From assembly GCA_000004695.1 (NCBI GenBank), contig CM000153.2:1216001-1280000 (forward strand): a stretch of 64,000 nt of DNA. Direction: 5' to 3'. Below are positions 51,534 through 63,074 of the stretch, in pieces. Both the position numbers and the translations under genes were made by a program. This DNA is from Dictyostelium discoideum (Eukaryota). The notes under the pieces were generated by a model that did no database searches, had not been told where the DNA came from, and worked only from the letters and a program-made list of their open reading frames with translations. Position 1 is the first letter of the stretch. Each line of letters opens with the position of its first letter.

Positions 51534-51680
51534 AACAAATGATTAATCATTAATTAAGCAAATAATTATCTTGAATTAAGAAAAAAAAAAAAAAAATAAT
51601 ACTATAAGAAATCTATTTTAATTTTTTATTTTTATCTTTATTTAATTTATACCAGTAACTGTGTATATATTTTGATTCAA

Positions 51681-53684
51681 TTATCCTATTTTTTCAAATT
51701 TGAAAGTAATAACGCCTTTATCTAAAGAAACAGCTGGTTTAATAGGTAAATACTCGGTAGGAATTGGTAGTGAGAATTCAAAGAGACCATCACGTCTTTG
51801 ATTTTGAGAAGGACATAATGATGTCAAATTACTTGGATAAACGGTTGTTTGATCATTTGAATCATATCTTAATTTCTTTATTCCTTTTATATTGAGATAC
51901 CATTGGCTACCTAAATGTTTTGTTTCAAATTCGATATCTTCCATTTCTAATTGAGGTACTTCAATGATATATCGTAAATCGGAATTAACTTTAACTATAT
52001 CATGAAATGGTTTGAAACCAGATGAAAAAACCATATTTAAACCAATAATTTCGATTCTATTAGCTATTAACTTAAAATCATTTTCTCTATTACAATCAAT
52101 CTCTGGAGAAATTGTAAATGCTGGTATTTGTTTAATTGAACTTCTATGTGGTGATACCATTTGATGTAACTTACACAATTCCTTTAAATGTTTTGAATAT
52201 TCATCAGTACCAAATGATGTGAACAATGGTTTATATTTTAAACTTGTATTAGCTTCATCAGATTTATTTTCAATATTATCATCCTTTTCATCTTTAATAA
52301 TTGGTTGCAATGGTGATGATGACGATGATGATATTGTTGGTGTTGATACCTCACTACCAGATTTATCATTATCTTGTATAGTATCATCGATGGATGGATG
52401 TAAAAACGATTGAGTTTGAAAAAGACTATCTGCTATTGGTCTTTCTTCAAGCTGTGATTTATTATTACTACTATTATTATTATTAATTTGATTAATAGTT
52501 GGTTCATGTTCAGTAATTTTTAATTTTTTTGGTGATTTACAATATGGTATCATGTTATTTTGAAGTGAAGTTAATAAAACTTTATCTAAATCCAAGTTAT
52601 CATTATAGTTTTTATAAGTTCTAATTTTTTCAATTGTTAATTGATTATATCTTTTACCAAATTCTGAATTATCATTACATAAAAAGAAATGATGGGTTTT
52701 ATTTACAGATTCAACGAAAAATAAAACTATCTCTTCTTTTGATTCTATTTTTTTAATATCAACATGATGATGATGAAAATTACCATTGAATGGAGACTCT
52801 ATATAGGTTTTAATTTCAGATAAAAGTTCTTCTTGTGAATTGACTTTAGGATAATTGTGAACGACTAATAGTTTTTTTATAATATTACTTTCAGATCTTA
52901 ATGATTGAATTTTCGATTGAAGTGCTAAAATAAATCTTTGATCATTCCAAGTTAATTCATTTAAAACGTAAACGATGATACTAGCTAATGAAAATGACAT
53001 ATCACAAATAAACATTTCAGTGGATTCTTTTCTTGCTAAATGCTCTTCGGTTTTATCTTCACAAACTTGTAAAGCAGTATTTGAGCCGGCTGTATCGATA
53101 GTGATGGTTTCGTTAAGACTTGATATTGAGAGTGATAATCCAATGGTTTGTGCTTGAGTTCCACTTGGTAAATAGGTACCATTGTATTTGTTGATAAAGA
53201 ATGTTTTACCTTTATTGAGTACACCTAAACATGCAAGAGTTGAAAACTTTTTATACTCTTTCAATAAGGAATGTAATGGTCTTTTTTTATTGTAGTTTGA
53301 ACTACCCATCTTTTGCTTTAACTGATTTGAAACATAAATTATCCACGATTTACGAGATTGTGATAAATAATCAACAGATGGAATATCAATGATAATATCA
53401 TACTCTCTAATACCATTGGCTGGAATTGAACTATCACCAATATAACAATTCAATTTCTTTGCAAGTTCAATTTTATCTTTATTTAATTTTTCAATCTCTT
53501 TCTTTAGATCTCCAACTTCAACTCTCTTTTTTGTTAATAACCCTTCAAAATTTTTACGTTCATTATCTTGTTTTTTTTTTTTGCTTTCTTTAAGATTTAA
53601 TTTTTCTTTTTTCCTTTTTAAAATTTTTTTAATAATAATGATCAATGTCGTGCATATAATAATGACCAATGTACCAACAAACAT
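51681..53684 (-). CDS. Paralogue B: same GTPase + alpha-crystallin architecture with an N-terminal TM helix. 667 aa, single exon.
   Basis: MFVGTLVIIICTTLIIIIKK (TM), then a coiled coil. G1 motif LACLGVLNKGKTFFINK. G2/G3 motifs LPSGTQAQTIG…ETITIDTAG. ~60% identity to paralogue A across the GTPase and C-terminal domains. A Ser/Asn-rich insert is unique to B. C-terminal ACD: …RRDGLFEFSLPIPTEYLPIKPAVSLDKGVITFKFEKI*. Confidence 0.7.
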   Translation of the reverse strand: MFVGTLVIIICTTLIIIIKKILKRKKEKLNLKESKKKKQDNERKNFEGLLTKKRVEVGDLKKEIEKLNKDKIELAKKLNCYIGDSSIPANGIREYDIIIDIPSVDYLSQSRKSWIIYVSNQLKQKMGSSNYNKKRPLHSLLKEYKKFSTLACLGVLNKGKTFFINKYNGTYLPSGTQAQTIGLSLSISSLNETITIDTAGSNTALQVCEDKTEEHLARKESTEMFICDMSFSLASIIVYVLNELTWNDQRFILALQSKIQSLRSESNIIKKLLVVHNYPKVNSQEELLSEIKTYIESPFNGNFHHHHVDIKKIESKEEIVLFFVESVNKTHHFFLCNDNSEFGKRYNQLTIEKIRTYKNYNDNLDLDKVLLTSLQNNMIPYCKSPKKLKITEHEPTINQINNNNSSNNKSQLEERPIADSLFQTQSFLHPSIDDTIQDNDKSGSEVSTPTISSSSSSPLQPIIKDEKDDNIENKSDEANTSLKYKPLFTSFGTDEYSKHLKELCKLHQMVSPHRSSIKQIPAFTISPEIDCNRENDFKLIANRIEIIGLNMVFSSGFKPFHDIVKVNSDLRYIIEVPQLEMEDIEFETKHLGSQWYLNIKGIKKLRYDSNDQTTVYPSNLTSLCPSQNQRRDGLFEFSLPIPTEYLPIKPAVSLDKGVITFKFEKIG

Positions 53685-54972
53685 TACTAAAAATTTATAA
53701 ATACTTTCTCTTATTTTACTTTTCTACTAACGAAAATATAAAAAGAAATAAAAAAAAAAAAAATTTATTTCTTTATTTATTTATTTTTTTTTTTGGCGAT
53801 TTCAGTTTATTTTAAGTTCTCTTAAAAAACAACTTAAAAAAACAAAGTTTATTTTAATTTCTTAAGTTGCACGTCTAGAAACTAAGGGTGGTAGGATGCA
53901 AAAATTTTAACATAAATTGTGAAAGTAATTTTATCCGCTGGTGGTTTGTTGCATTTTATTTTTTATTTTCTATCCTTACTAGAAACTTTAAATAAATTTT
54001 TTTTAAAAAAATAAGTTTTGTGTTTCGTCAAAAAAAAATAAAAATAAAAATAAAAATAAAAATAAAAATAAATTTTCATACACGCTGTTCAGTATCGTCA
54101 CCAACATTTTCTAAAAAAAAAAAATTTTAATTTGCACCTGATAGATGGCAAACTGTCCAAGAATGTATGAAAATTTTTAATTTGTATTTGGTTAGTGCAA
54201 ATTTTATACACTTTTCAGTATCGTCACCAACATTTTCCTCAAAAAAAAAAACATTGGTAAATTATAAACTTTGTGTGATTAATATTTTTTTTTTTTAATA
54301 ATCCTATTTCAAAATTTGGATTGTCAAAATTTGTACCATATTTTTTTTATTTTTTTTTTATTTTTTTTTATTTTATTTTATTTTTTGAACCTATTAATTT
54401 AATTTTATGTTTTTGTACTATAAAAAACGACAACATTTATTTTGTCATTTTTACATCATTTTTTTAATCATTTTTTTTCGTTGCCAACAAATTCTTTTTA
54501 TATTTTTCACAACCTTTAATTTTCAAAAGGCATTTTTTTTTTTTTCACAAAACAACCAGAAAATTTAAAAACCATCAGCTTTAATTTATTTTTATTTTGG
54601 ATATGAAATTTTTTTGTTTTTTTTTGTTTTTTTTTTAAATTTCCAATAAGAATTCCATTAATAAAATTTGTGAAAAAAAAAAAAAGATTTATTCGCTTCG
54701 TTTTTTATTCTTCTTTATTATTAGTATTAGATTTTTTTTTTTATTAACAATGGTTCTATTAATTGCCACGTCGACAAATTTCCCACCACAGTGACCATCA
54801 AAACAGATTTTTTGTTGAAAAAAAAAAGATATTTTATTTAAAAAAAAAAAAAAAAAAAAAAAACGATGATGATCTTTTTGAAAATTTTTAAAAAGTTATT
54901 AAATTAATTTTTTTTTTTTTTTATTTTTTTATAAAAATTTTTAAAATCTAAATACAAATAAATAAATAAATA

Positions 54973-55674
54973 ATGGACGTTATTAATGATCATTTAACAA
55001 TTGTACTCTGCCATGGATCTTTTACAGGTGCACTTGTATGGCAAAGTGTTATCCCATTCTTAGTTAAAGAAGGTTATAATGTTGTTGCAGTTGATTATCC
55101 AACTAGAGATTTTAATGAAGATGTTGAATACACTAGAAACTTAATTGATCGTCAAGATGGAAATGTATTATTAGTTGGCTATTCATATGGTGGTGCAGTT
55201 GTTACTGAAGCTGGTAAACATGAAAAAGTAGTTGGTATTGTTTATATCGCTGGTTTTGCACTTGATGAAGGTGATAGTTTAGGTAGCATCCTTGGCAGAA
55301 GAGAAGATCAAGGTGCCAATAGCAGAATTCTCGATAGTAAGGGTTTCCTTTGGGTTAAACCAGAAGATTTCAATAAATGTATTTGTCAAGATCTTAGCCA
55401 AGAAGAATCATTAGCAATGTCATTATGCCAAAAACCATTACATCTTTCCATTGTCACCCATACAATGGGTCCAAATCCAGCTTGGAAAAATAAACCAACT
55501 TGGTATCAAATCTCTGATAACGATAGAATGATTCCACAAGAAACTCAAATCGAAATGGTTAATAACATTAAACCAAAGAAAACCATTCATTTAAATTCAA
55601 ACCATGCTTCAATTTCTTCTCATCCAAAAGAAGTTACAGCTTTCATTATTGAAGCTGCTTCAACATTTAAATAA
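54973..55674 (+). CDS. Alpha/beta-hydrolase fold esterase/lipase-like protein (233 aa), single exon.
   Basis: Nucleophile elbow LLVGYSYGGAVV (GxSxG) with upstream HG (LCHGSFTG). There are no low-complexity tracts, and the protein has a compact bacterial-like character. Confidence 0.75.
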   Translation: MDVINDHLTIVLCHGSFTGALVWQSVIPFLVKEGYNVVAVDYPTRDFNEDVEYTRNLIDRQDGNVLLVGYSYGGAVVTEAGKHEKVVGIVYIAGFALDEGDSLGSILGRREDQGANSRILDSKGFLWVKPEDFNKCICQDLSQEESLAMSLCQKPLHLSIVTHTMGPNPAWKNKPTWYQISDNDRMIPQETQIEMVNNIKPKKTIHLNSNHASISSHPKEVTAFIIEAASTFK

Positions 55675-56109
55675 AAAAAAATAATAAAAAATAAAAAAAT
55701 TAATTAAAATAAAATATTTAATATTCACATAAATTTTCTTTTTTTTTATTTTTATTTTTTTTTTGAGATTCTTGTTTTAAGAAAATAAAATAAAATTAAT
55801 CAGTACAATTATAATTATAATTATTTCAATAAATAGAATTCATGTGATATTTTTGGAAAAAAAAAAAAAAACTTAAATATATTGGTTGGGAAAAAAAGAA
55901 AAAAAAAACAGAGCCACTTTGACTGTCATCCCAGTCAATCGCAAATTTCTCACTTTTTTTCCAATTTAAAAATAAATTTTTTTTTTTTTATTTTTTATTT
56001 TTTTTATTTTTTATTTTTTTTTTATTTTTTTATTTTTTATTTTTCAGCGTGTTTGTTAAAGATTAATCTTTTATCGTATTTATATAAAAAAAAACAAATA
56101 ATAAATTAA

Positions 56110-56265
56110 ATGTACGCAGTGAATCCAATTGAATGTATACATTTAAAAGATGAGTATGATACATGCATAAATAAATCAATATTTGATAAAGATTGTATGT
56201 AATTTTTTTTTTTTAATATTTTTTAATTAAAAAACCTTAATAAATAAACTAACACACCAACCAAA

Positions 56266-56299
<34 letters not shown>

Positions 56300-57864
56300 T
56301 TTTTTTTATATTTTTTATATTTTTTTTTTTAATATTAGTAAAAATAACAAAATGTCATGCATGTAATGATGAGAGTGAAAATTGGATATGTATGACATGT
56401 GGTGTTGTATCATGCTCAAGACATGTCAATGGACATGCAGGTGAGCACTTTGAAAATACCAAACATCCAATATCAGCATCATTTTCAGATCACTCATTTT
56501 GGTGTTACACTTGTGATACCTATGTACATAATACTCCATTATTTGATATTTGTGAAATTTTAGAAAATATTAAATCATCAAATAAAAAAGATAAAATTGT
56601 ACCAAAAAAAGACCAAAAAGAAGAAGAAGAAGAAGATCAAGTTGTACCATCAGCCTCAATTACTACATCTTCAACAACAACTTCAATTTCAAAACAAACT
56701 ACTGTAAATAACACAACAACCACATCATCATCATCAACTACAACAACAACAACCACAACATCAACAACTATTAATAATAATGAAGAAGAAGAAGAATCAG
56801 AATCAGAAACAGATGAATCATCATCAGAAGGTGAAGAAAGTTTATCATTAATTCAAAGAATGAGAGAAATGATATTTGGAGTTGGTAGAGGACCAAAAAT
56901 TGTAGCACCATCAGAACAAGAGGAATCAGAAGAGGATGAATCTTGTGTATTAAAGAAACCAACCATTGAAGAGATTGCAAAATATATAAATTCAGCTAAA
57001 TGTAAAAATATCATTGTAATGACTGGTGCTGGTATCAGTGTTGCTGCTGGTATTCCAGATTTTAGATCCCCAAAAACTGGTTTATATGAAAAATTGGATA
57101 AATATGATCTTCCATATAGAGAAGCCATTTTTGATATTGAATATTTTAAAAAGAATCCAAAACCATTTTATGTTTTATCAAAAGAATTATTCCCTGGTTC
57201 ATTTAATGTAAATTGAAATATAATTTATTATTATTTACATATTATATATATATATTTTACTAATATTTTTTTAAAATAGCCAACAACAGTTCATTATTTT
57301 ATTAAATTATTATCAGATAAAGGGTTGTTATTAAGAAATTTCACACAAAATATTGATACATTGGAGAGAATTGCAGGTATACCAGCAAATAAATTGGTTG
57401 AAGCACATGGTTCATTTGCAACTAGTCATTGTGTATCATGTAAGAAAGAGTATAGTACAGAATATGTAAAGGAGAGAATATTCAAAGATGAATTACCAGA
57501 ATGTACAGAGACAAGTGGTTGTAAAGGTATTGTTAAACCTGATATTGTATTCTTTGGTGAATCATTGCCATCAAGATTCAATGATTGTGCACGTGAGGAT
57601 TTCACAAAATGTGATTTACTTTTAGTTATTGGTACTTCCTTAAAGGTACATCCATTTGCTTCATTAATTAATTTTGCAAAAGGTTGTCCAAGAGTTTTAA
57701 TTAATTTCGAAGAAGTTGGTACTAATCCATATGGTGGTTTCAAATTTAATCAACCTTCAAATAAATTAGATGTTAAATGTATTGGTGATTGTCAAACTTT
57801 AGTTTTGGATTTAATAAAATTATTAGGTTGGGAAAATGAATTTAATCAAATAGTTAAAAATTAA
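56110..57864 (+). CDS. sir2A: NAD-dependent deacetylase of the sirtuin family with an N-terminal zf-UBP (BUZ) ubiquitin-binding zinc finger. 3 exons: 56110..56194, 56339..57207, 57280..57864. 512 aa.
   Basis: Exon 1 is [28 protein letters not shown] + T, followed by GTATGT. Acceptor ATATTAG at 56338 (phase 1). Exon 2 holds the zf-UBP core [33 protein letters not shown]…[14 protein letters not shown], an acidic/Thr-rich linker, and the sirtuin Rossmann start [21 protein letters not shown]. Donor GTAAAT at 57208 (phase 0) and acceptor AAAATAG at 57279. Exon 3 reads [13 protein letters not shown]…EAHGSF…CVSC…[23 protein letters not shown]…[18 protein letters not shown]. The 512-aa length matches the reported size of Dictyostelium Sir2A. 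The symbol is tentative. Confidence 0.8.
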
Positions 57865-58951
57865 TAGTATTAAATGGTAAAAAAAAATAAAATAAAATAA
57901 ATAAAAAAATTAAGTAAATAAATCTAAAAAAAAAAATAATAATAATAATAATAAAAAATCTATTCTTTGAAAAAAAAAAAAAAAACATATTGTAAATATC
58001 CAAAATAGTTCAAATAAATTATAAATCTTTGAAATCTCAAAAAATAATTTTTTATTTTTTTTTTTTTTTAAATTTTTTTTCTTTTTTTATTTTTTATTTT
58101 TTTTTTTTTGGTCATCTCTTTTCGTTTAAAAGTTCAATATTTATAATTATTAACCCCTATAAAAAAAAAAAAAAAAAAAGGGTAAGAAAACAATAGTGAA
58201 TAAAAAAAAAAAAAAAAAAAGAGAGTTCACACGTGATTGATGGGGTTATTTAATTCTTTAAAGAAGTGTGATTCAGTTAATTAAACCACTAGTGGTTTCC
58301 ACATTTATACAAATTATTGTCATTTTTTTTTTTTTTAATTTTTTTTTTATTTTTTATTTTTTATTTTTTTTTCAACTATAATTTATCATCAAATAATTCA
58401 GTCAATGTGTAAAAATTTTAATACCACACTCACACAATTTTGTGTTTATCAATTATTTATTTTTATTTTTATTTTAATTTTTTTTTTTTATTTTTTTTTT
58501 ATTTTTTTTTTTACATTGTTGAGTTTGCAGTATTAATAATAATATGTCCACCTCAAACCCATCTACCACTATCCTAAATATAAATGTGAATATATTTTAT
58601 TTTTATTTTATTTTTTTATTTTTTTATTTATTTTCTTTTTATTTTTTTTTATTTATTTTTATTATTATTTTTTTTTTTTTTTTTTCATTCTCTTTTTTAT
58701 TATTGTTATTATTATTATTATTATTATTTTTCCTAAACTCTTTTCATTATTATTTTTCACTTTGACAAAATAATAAAAAAAAAAATTTTCTTATTTTTTT
58801 TTTTTTTTTATTTTTAATTTTTTTTTTTTTTTTTTAATTTTTTTTTTTTTTTTTTTTGATTTTAAATTTTTATTTTTTTTTTTATTACCATATTTTATTT
58901 TTTATTTTTTATTTTTTTATTTTTTATTTTTTTATAATTTTTATCCTCAAT

Positions 58952-58991
<40 letters not shown>

Positions 58992-59552
58992 CATAATCAC
59001 CACCCCAAAACTTATTCAAAATTATGTACGTTTAACAAATATTGCTCCTATATCAATTTTCATATTTTAGATTTAACAAAAAAAAAATAAAAAAAAAATA
59101 AAATAAAAAAAAAAAATAAAATAAAAAAATCACACACAAACGGATTTAATCATCATCTCTTTGATTTAATCAACCACAACACCTCACTATTTATTTAAAA
59201 AGAAACCAAATGGTTTGATTTTAAATTGTAAAAAAAAAAAAAAAAAATTAAAAAATAAAAAATAAAAAAAAAAAAAAAAAACGTTTTTAACTCGCTCACC
59301 CCCTCTAAAAAATTATTGATAAATAAAATTTTATTTTAATTAATACTAACTAATACATTAAAAAATAAAAAATAAAAATAAAAATAAAAAAATAAAAAAA
59401 ATTTTCAAATTCATTAGTTTTTTTTTTTTAATTCATACATATACATATATAATTTCATTTTTATTTAATATAAATATATAAATATATAAATATATATATA
59501 TATATTATATATATATATATAAGTATATATAAGTATATTTATTAAAAATAAT

Positions 59553-59969
59553 ATGGAAGAAATAACTCAACAATCAACTCATTTTATTGAGTTAAATGAA
59601 AGTAATAATACAATTAAGGAACAACCACCACTACCACCTTCAATAAAATATGAACAACAACAACCACAACAACAACAACAATATAATGATTATAATGATG
59701 AAGATACAGAGTCAGGATCAACATCAGAAGAAATCGATTTATCAGACCAATATACAGATTCAAGTAATTGTCCTGATTGTAGAGCGTTCAATGAAACATG
59801 TAGTTGCAGTAATACAAGTTGTTCGAATAGACATTATACAAATTCAACATCTTCAATATCTGACCTTTTAAATAATAATAACAATAATAATAATAATAGT
59901 AGTAGTAATAATAATAGAACAATAGTTTTAGAATCTAAATTAAATAATAGTTGTAATAATAGTAATGAA

Positions 59970-60038
<69 letters not shown>

Positions 60039-60317
60039 ATTAATATTAGTAATAGTGTTAGTAGTGGTAATTTAACAGCAAGTTATAGTAATAGTAATAT
60101 AAATGGATTAGCACAATCAAGAAGTAGACATGTTTATAGAAATCCAATAACATTGGTAGAGGAATTTACAACCTCCTCTTTATCAGAATTTGGTGAAACT
60201 GAATGTTCATTATCAACTGAAAATATATTTTCAATCATTAAAGATATGGAAGAAACTATATTACCAATTGAAAATATGTTAAAATCTTCACAACGTAATA
60301 ATAATCTTAATCTTAAT

Positions 60318-60370
<53 letters not shown>

Positions 60371-61341
60371 AACAACAACTACAACAACAACTACCACTAC
60401 ACAAGTAGATAATAGTAATAATACCAATTCGAATGATAATAATATTAATAATAATAATAATAATTTAAAGACAAGTAAGGAAATAGAATCAACAACAACG
60501 CCAACTACAACAACACCACCAAGGAAATTATCAATTTCAGCGTCATCTATACCAATTCCACCGCCACCACCTGATGATGCTGTTTCACCAATTGCTTTAT
60601 CTTGTTCTGCTCCTTCTTTTCCTGGCATTTTATCGCAACAAGATAATATTGATAGTTTAGAGAGTACTAACACTACAAACATCACCAACAACAACAACAA
60701 CAACAACAACACCACAACAACAACTACTACACAAAACACAACAGATCCAACCAATACAATTGATCAAAATAAAACAACAGAATCATCCACAACACCCTCA
60801 TCATCATCAAACTCAATTACATCAAAGACTAAAAAACTATTACACTCTTTTAAAAATAAACATCATCATCACAATAAAGGTGAAAAAATGTCAGATTCAC
60901 CGTCAAAGAAAGAAAAACATTCAAAGAAAATTAAAAATTCACCATCAACTGAATTTGTAAATGTACCAAAAGATCAACAAACTCAAACACCTGTAGAAAA
61001 TAATAATAACACCAACACCACCAACAACACCAACACCAATGAAAATAATAATGTAGATAGAACCAACAGTAATAATACTAACAACAATAATACCAATAAT
61101 AATGGCAATAATACCAATAATACAAGCGGAAGTGGAGGCAATGACGATAATAATAACAATAATAATAATAACAATAACAACAACAACAATAATAATAATG
61201 GTAAAGATCAAGATAAAAAAGAAGAAAAAGATAATAAAAAAGAAGAAAAGGAAAATAATATAATAGAAGAGAAATCTATTATTGTACCAAATTTAAATTT
61301 AGAAAATGTATCAACAAATATAATTGTATCAAAACCATTAA

Positions 61342-61373
<32 letters not shown>

Positions 61374-62795
61374 TCTACTACAACCACCACCACCACAACA
61401 ACTTCTTCAATACCACCAACACTTAGTTCCCACTCTTTATCCCAAGTATTTACAAAAGAGGAGGATGAAAACCCACCTGTATTTGTTTCATCTTCATTAC
61501 CAGCATTCCCAATTTCAGAGTTATTGGGTGGTGAATCAAGTAACCCTGATGAAGAAGAATTACCAAGAGGTGGTAGAGGAAGAAGTAATGCCTTCTATAT
61601 GAGAGGCCCACCAGTTCTTGAAAATGGTGATTTTAAGATTCAAACACCAAAAACACCTTCTGTACAAATTCAAACTCAAATCCCAGCTGTTTTACCAAAA
61701 GAATCGAATTCATTAATTTCAAAACCAATTGGTTTATTATCAAAACTAAGAAGACGTCATCATCACCATCATCATCACCATCATCACCATCATAATAAAA
61801 ATAATAATAATAATAGTAACGGTAAAGAATCAACAACAAATAGTAAAGACTCATCATCATCATCGTCCTCATCATCATCATCTTCTTCTTCTTCAACAAC
61901 AACGACAACAACAACCTCAACAACTGCAACACCAACAAAAGAATCATCTAAGAAATCATCAACAACATCAAATATTTTAAGTAAAGTAGTTAAAGGTAAC
62001 TCATCAAGATTTATAGTTGGATTTGCAGATACAATTGGTAGAAGATCTACAATGGAAGATGAATCTGTAATCTATGGTACTTATAGAGGTAAGCATGATG
62101 AAGATTATTTCGCTTTATTTGATGGTCATGGTGGAAATGATGCAGCCAAAGCTGCCTCTGAAGAGTTGCATCGTATATTGGCTGAGAAATTAAAATTAAA
62201 TCATGCAAACCCTGTTAAATGTTTAAAGGAATCATTTTTAGCAACTCATACACTAATTGGTGAACGTGGTATTAGATGTGGTACCACTGCAGTGGTAGCA
62301 TTATTTATTGGAAAGAAAGGATATATAGCAAACGTGGGTGATAGTCGTGCAGTACTTTGCAGGGATGGTATAGCGGTACGTGTTTCATTGGATCACAAAC
62401 CAAATCTACCAAAGGAGGAGGAGAGAATTAGGGCACTCGGTGGTAACGTTGTAACAACAACTAGTTCTGCCGGTGTTGTCACCTCGCGTGTCAATGGTCA
62501 ATTAGCAGTCTCAAGAGCATTGGGTGATTCTTTCCTTAATCCGTTTGTCACCTCTGAACCCGATATTCATGGTCCAATAAACTTGGAAACTCATATCAAA
62601 AATCAATTTATGATCATAGCTTGCGATGGTATTTGGGATGTTATCTCTGATGAAGAGGCTGTTAGTATTGCCGCTCCAATTGCTGATCCTGAAAAAGCAT
62701 GTATAAAATTAAGAGATCAAGCTTTCAGTAGGGGTAGTACTGATAACATTTCTGTAATTGTAATTAGATTTCCACCATTTTTAGAAGGTATTTAA
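59553..62795 (+). CDS. PP2C-family (PPM) Ser/Thr protein phosphatase with a ~800-aa low-complexity N-terminal region (1080 aa), single exon.
   Basis: The C-terminal catalytic domain carries PPM motifs: ESVIYGTY…DYFALFDGHGG, RCGTTAVVALF, YIANVGDSRAVL, GQLAVSRALGD, ACDGIWDV, GSTDNISVIVIRF. The N-terminal region has polyN/T/S/H tracts and a Cys-rich stretch (SSNCPDCRAFNETCSCSNTSCSN). Confidence 0.85.
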
Positions 62796-62846
62796 AAAAA
62801 AAATAAAAAAAATAAAAAAAAAAAAATAAAAGAAATAGAATTAAAC

Positions 62847-62877
<31 letters not shown>

Positions 62878-63043
62878 AAATAAAAATCAACATAATAACA
62901 ATAAAAAAAGGTAAAAATATATTTTTTTATTTTATTATTAAACTAAAAATAACTATTTTATTTTGTTTTGTTTAGTTTAAGTTCTTTTCTTTTTTTTTTT
63001 TAATTTTTATTCTTTTTCTTTTTTTTTTTTTTCTATACACATT

Positions 63044-63074
<31 letters not shown>

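Noticed and set aside
53860-53960. Considered a tRNA or Dictyostelium Class I RNA in the GC-enriched segments (also 8815..8995 and 23460..23590)
   Set aside because: No cloverleaf or T-loop GTTCGAATC-like box was found. No 5' GTTG…3' conserved CCTTACAGCAA Class I motif was found. They are kept only as low-confidence ncRNA candidates in the findings.
60134-61396. Minus-strand ORFs (206, 88, 68, 62 aa) rich in Val/Leu/Ile inside the PP2C gene
   Set aside because: They are antisense of (AAT/AAC/ACA)n tracts coding polyN/T in the PP2C N-terminal region. They are not independent genes.
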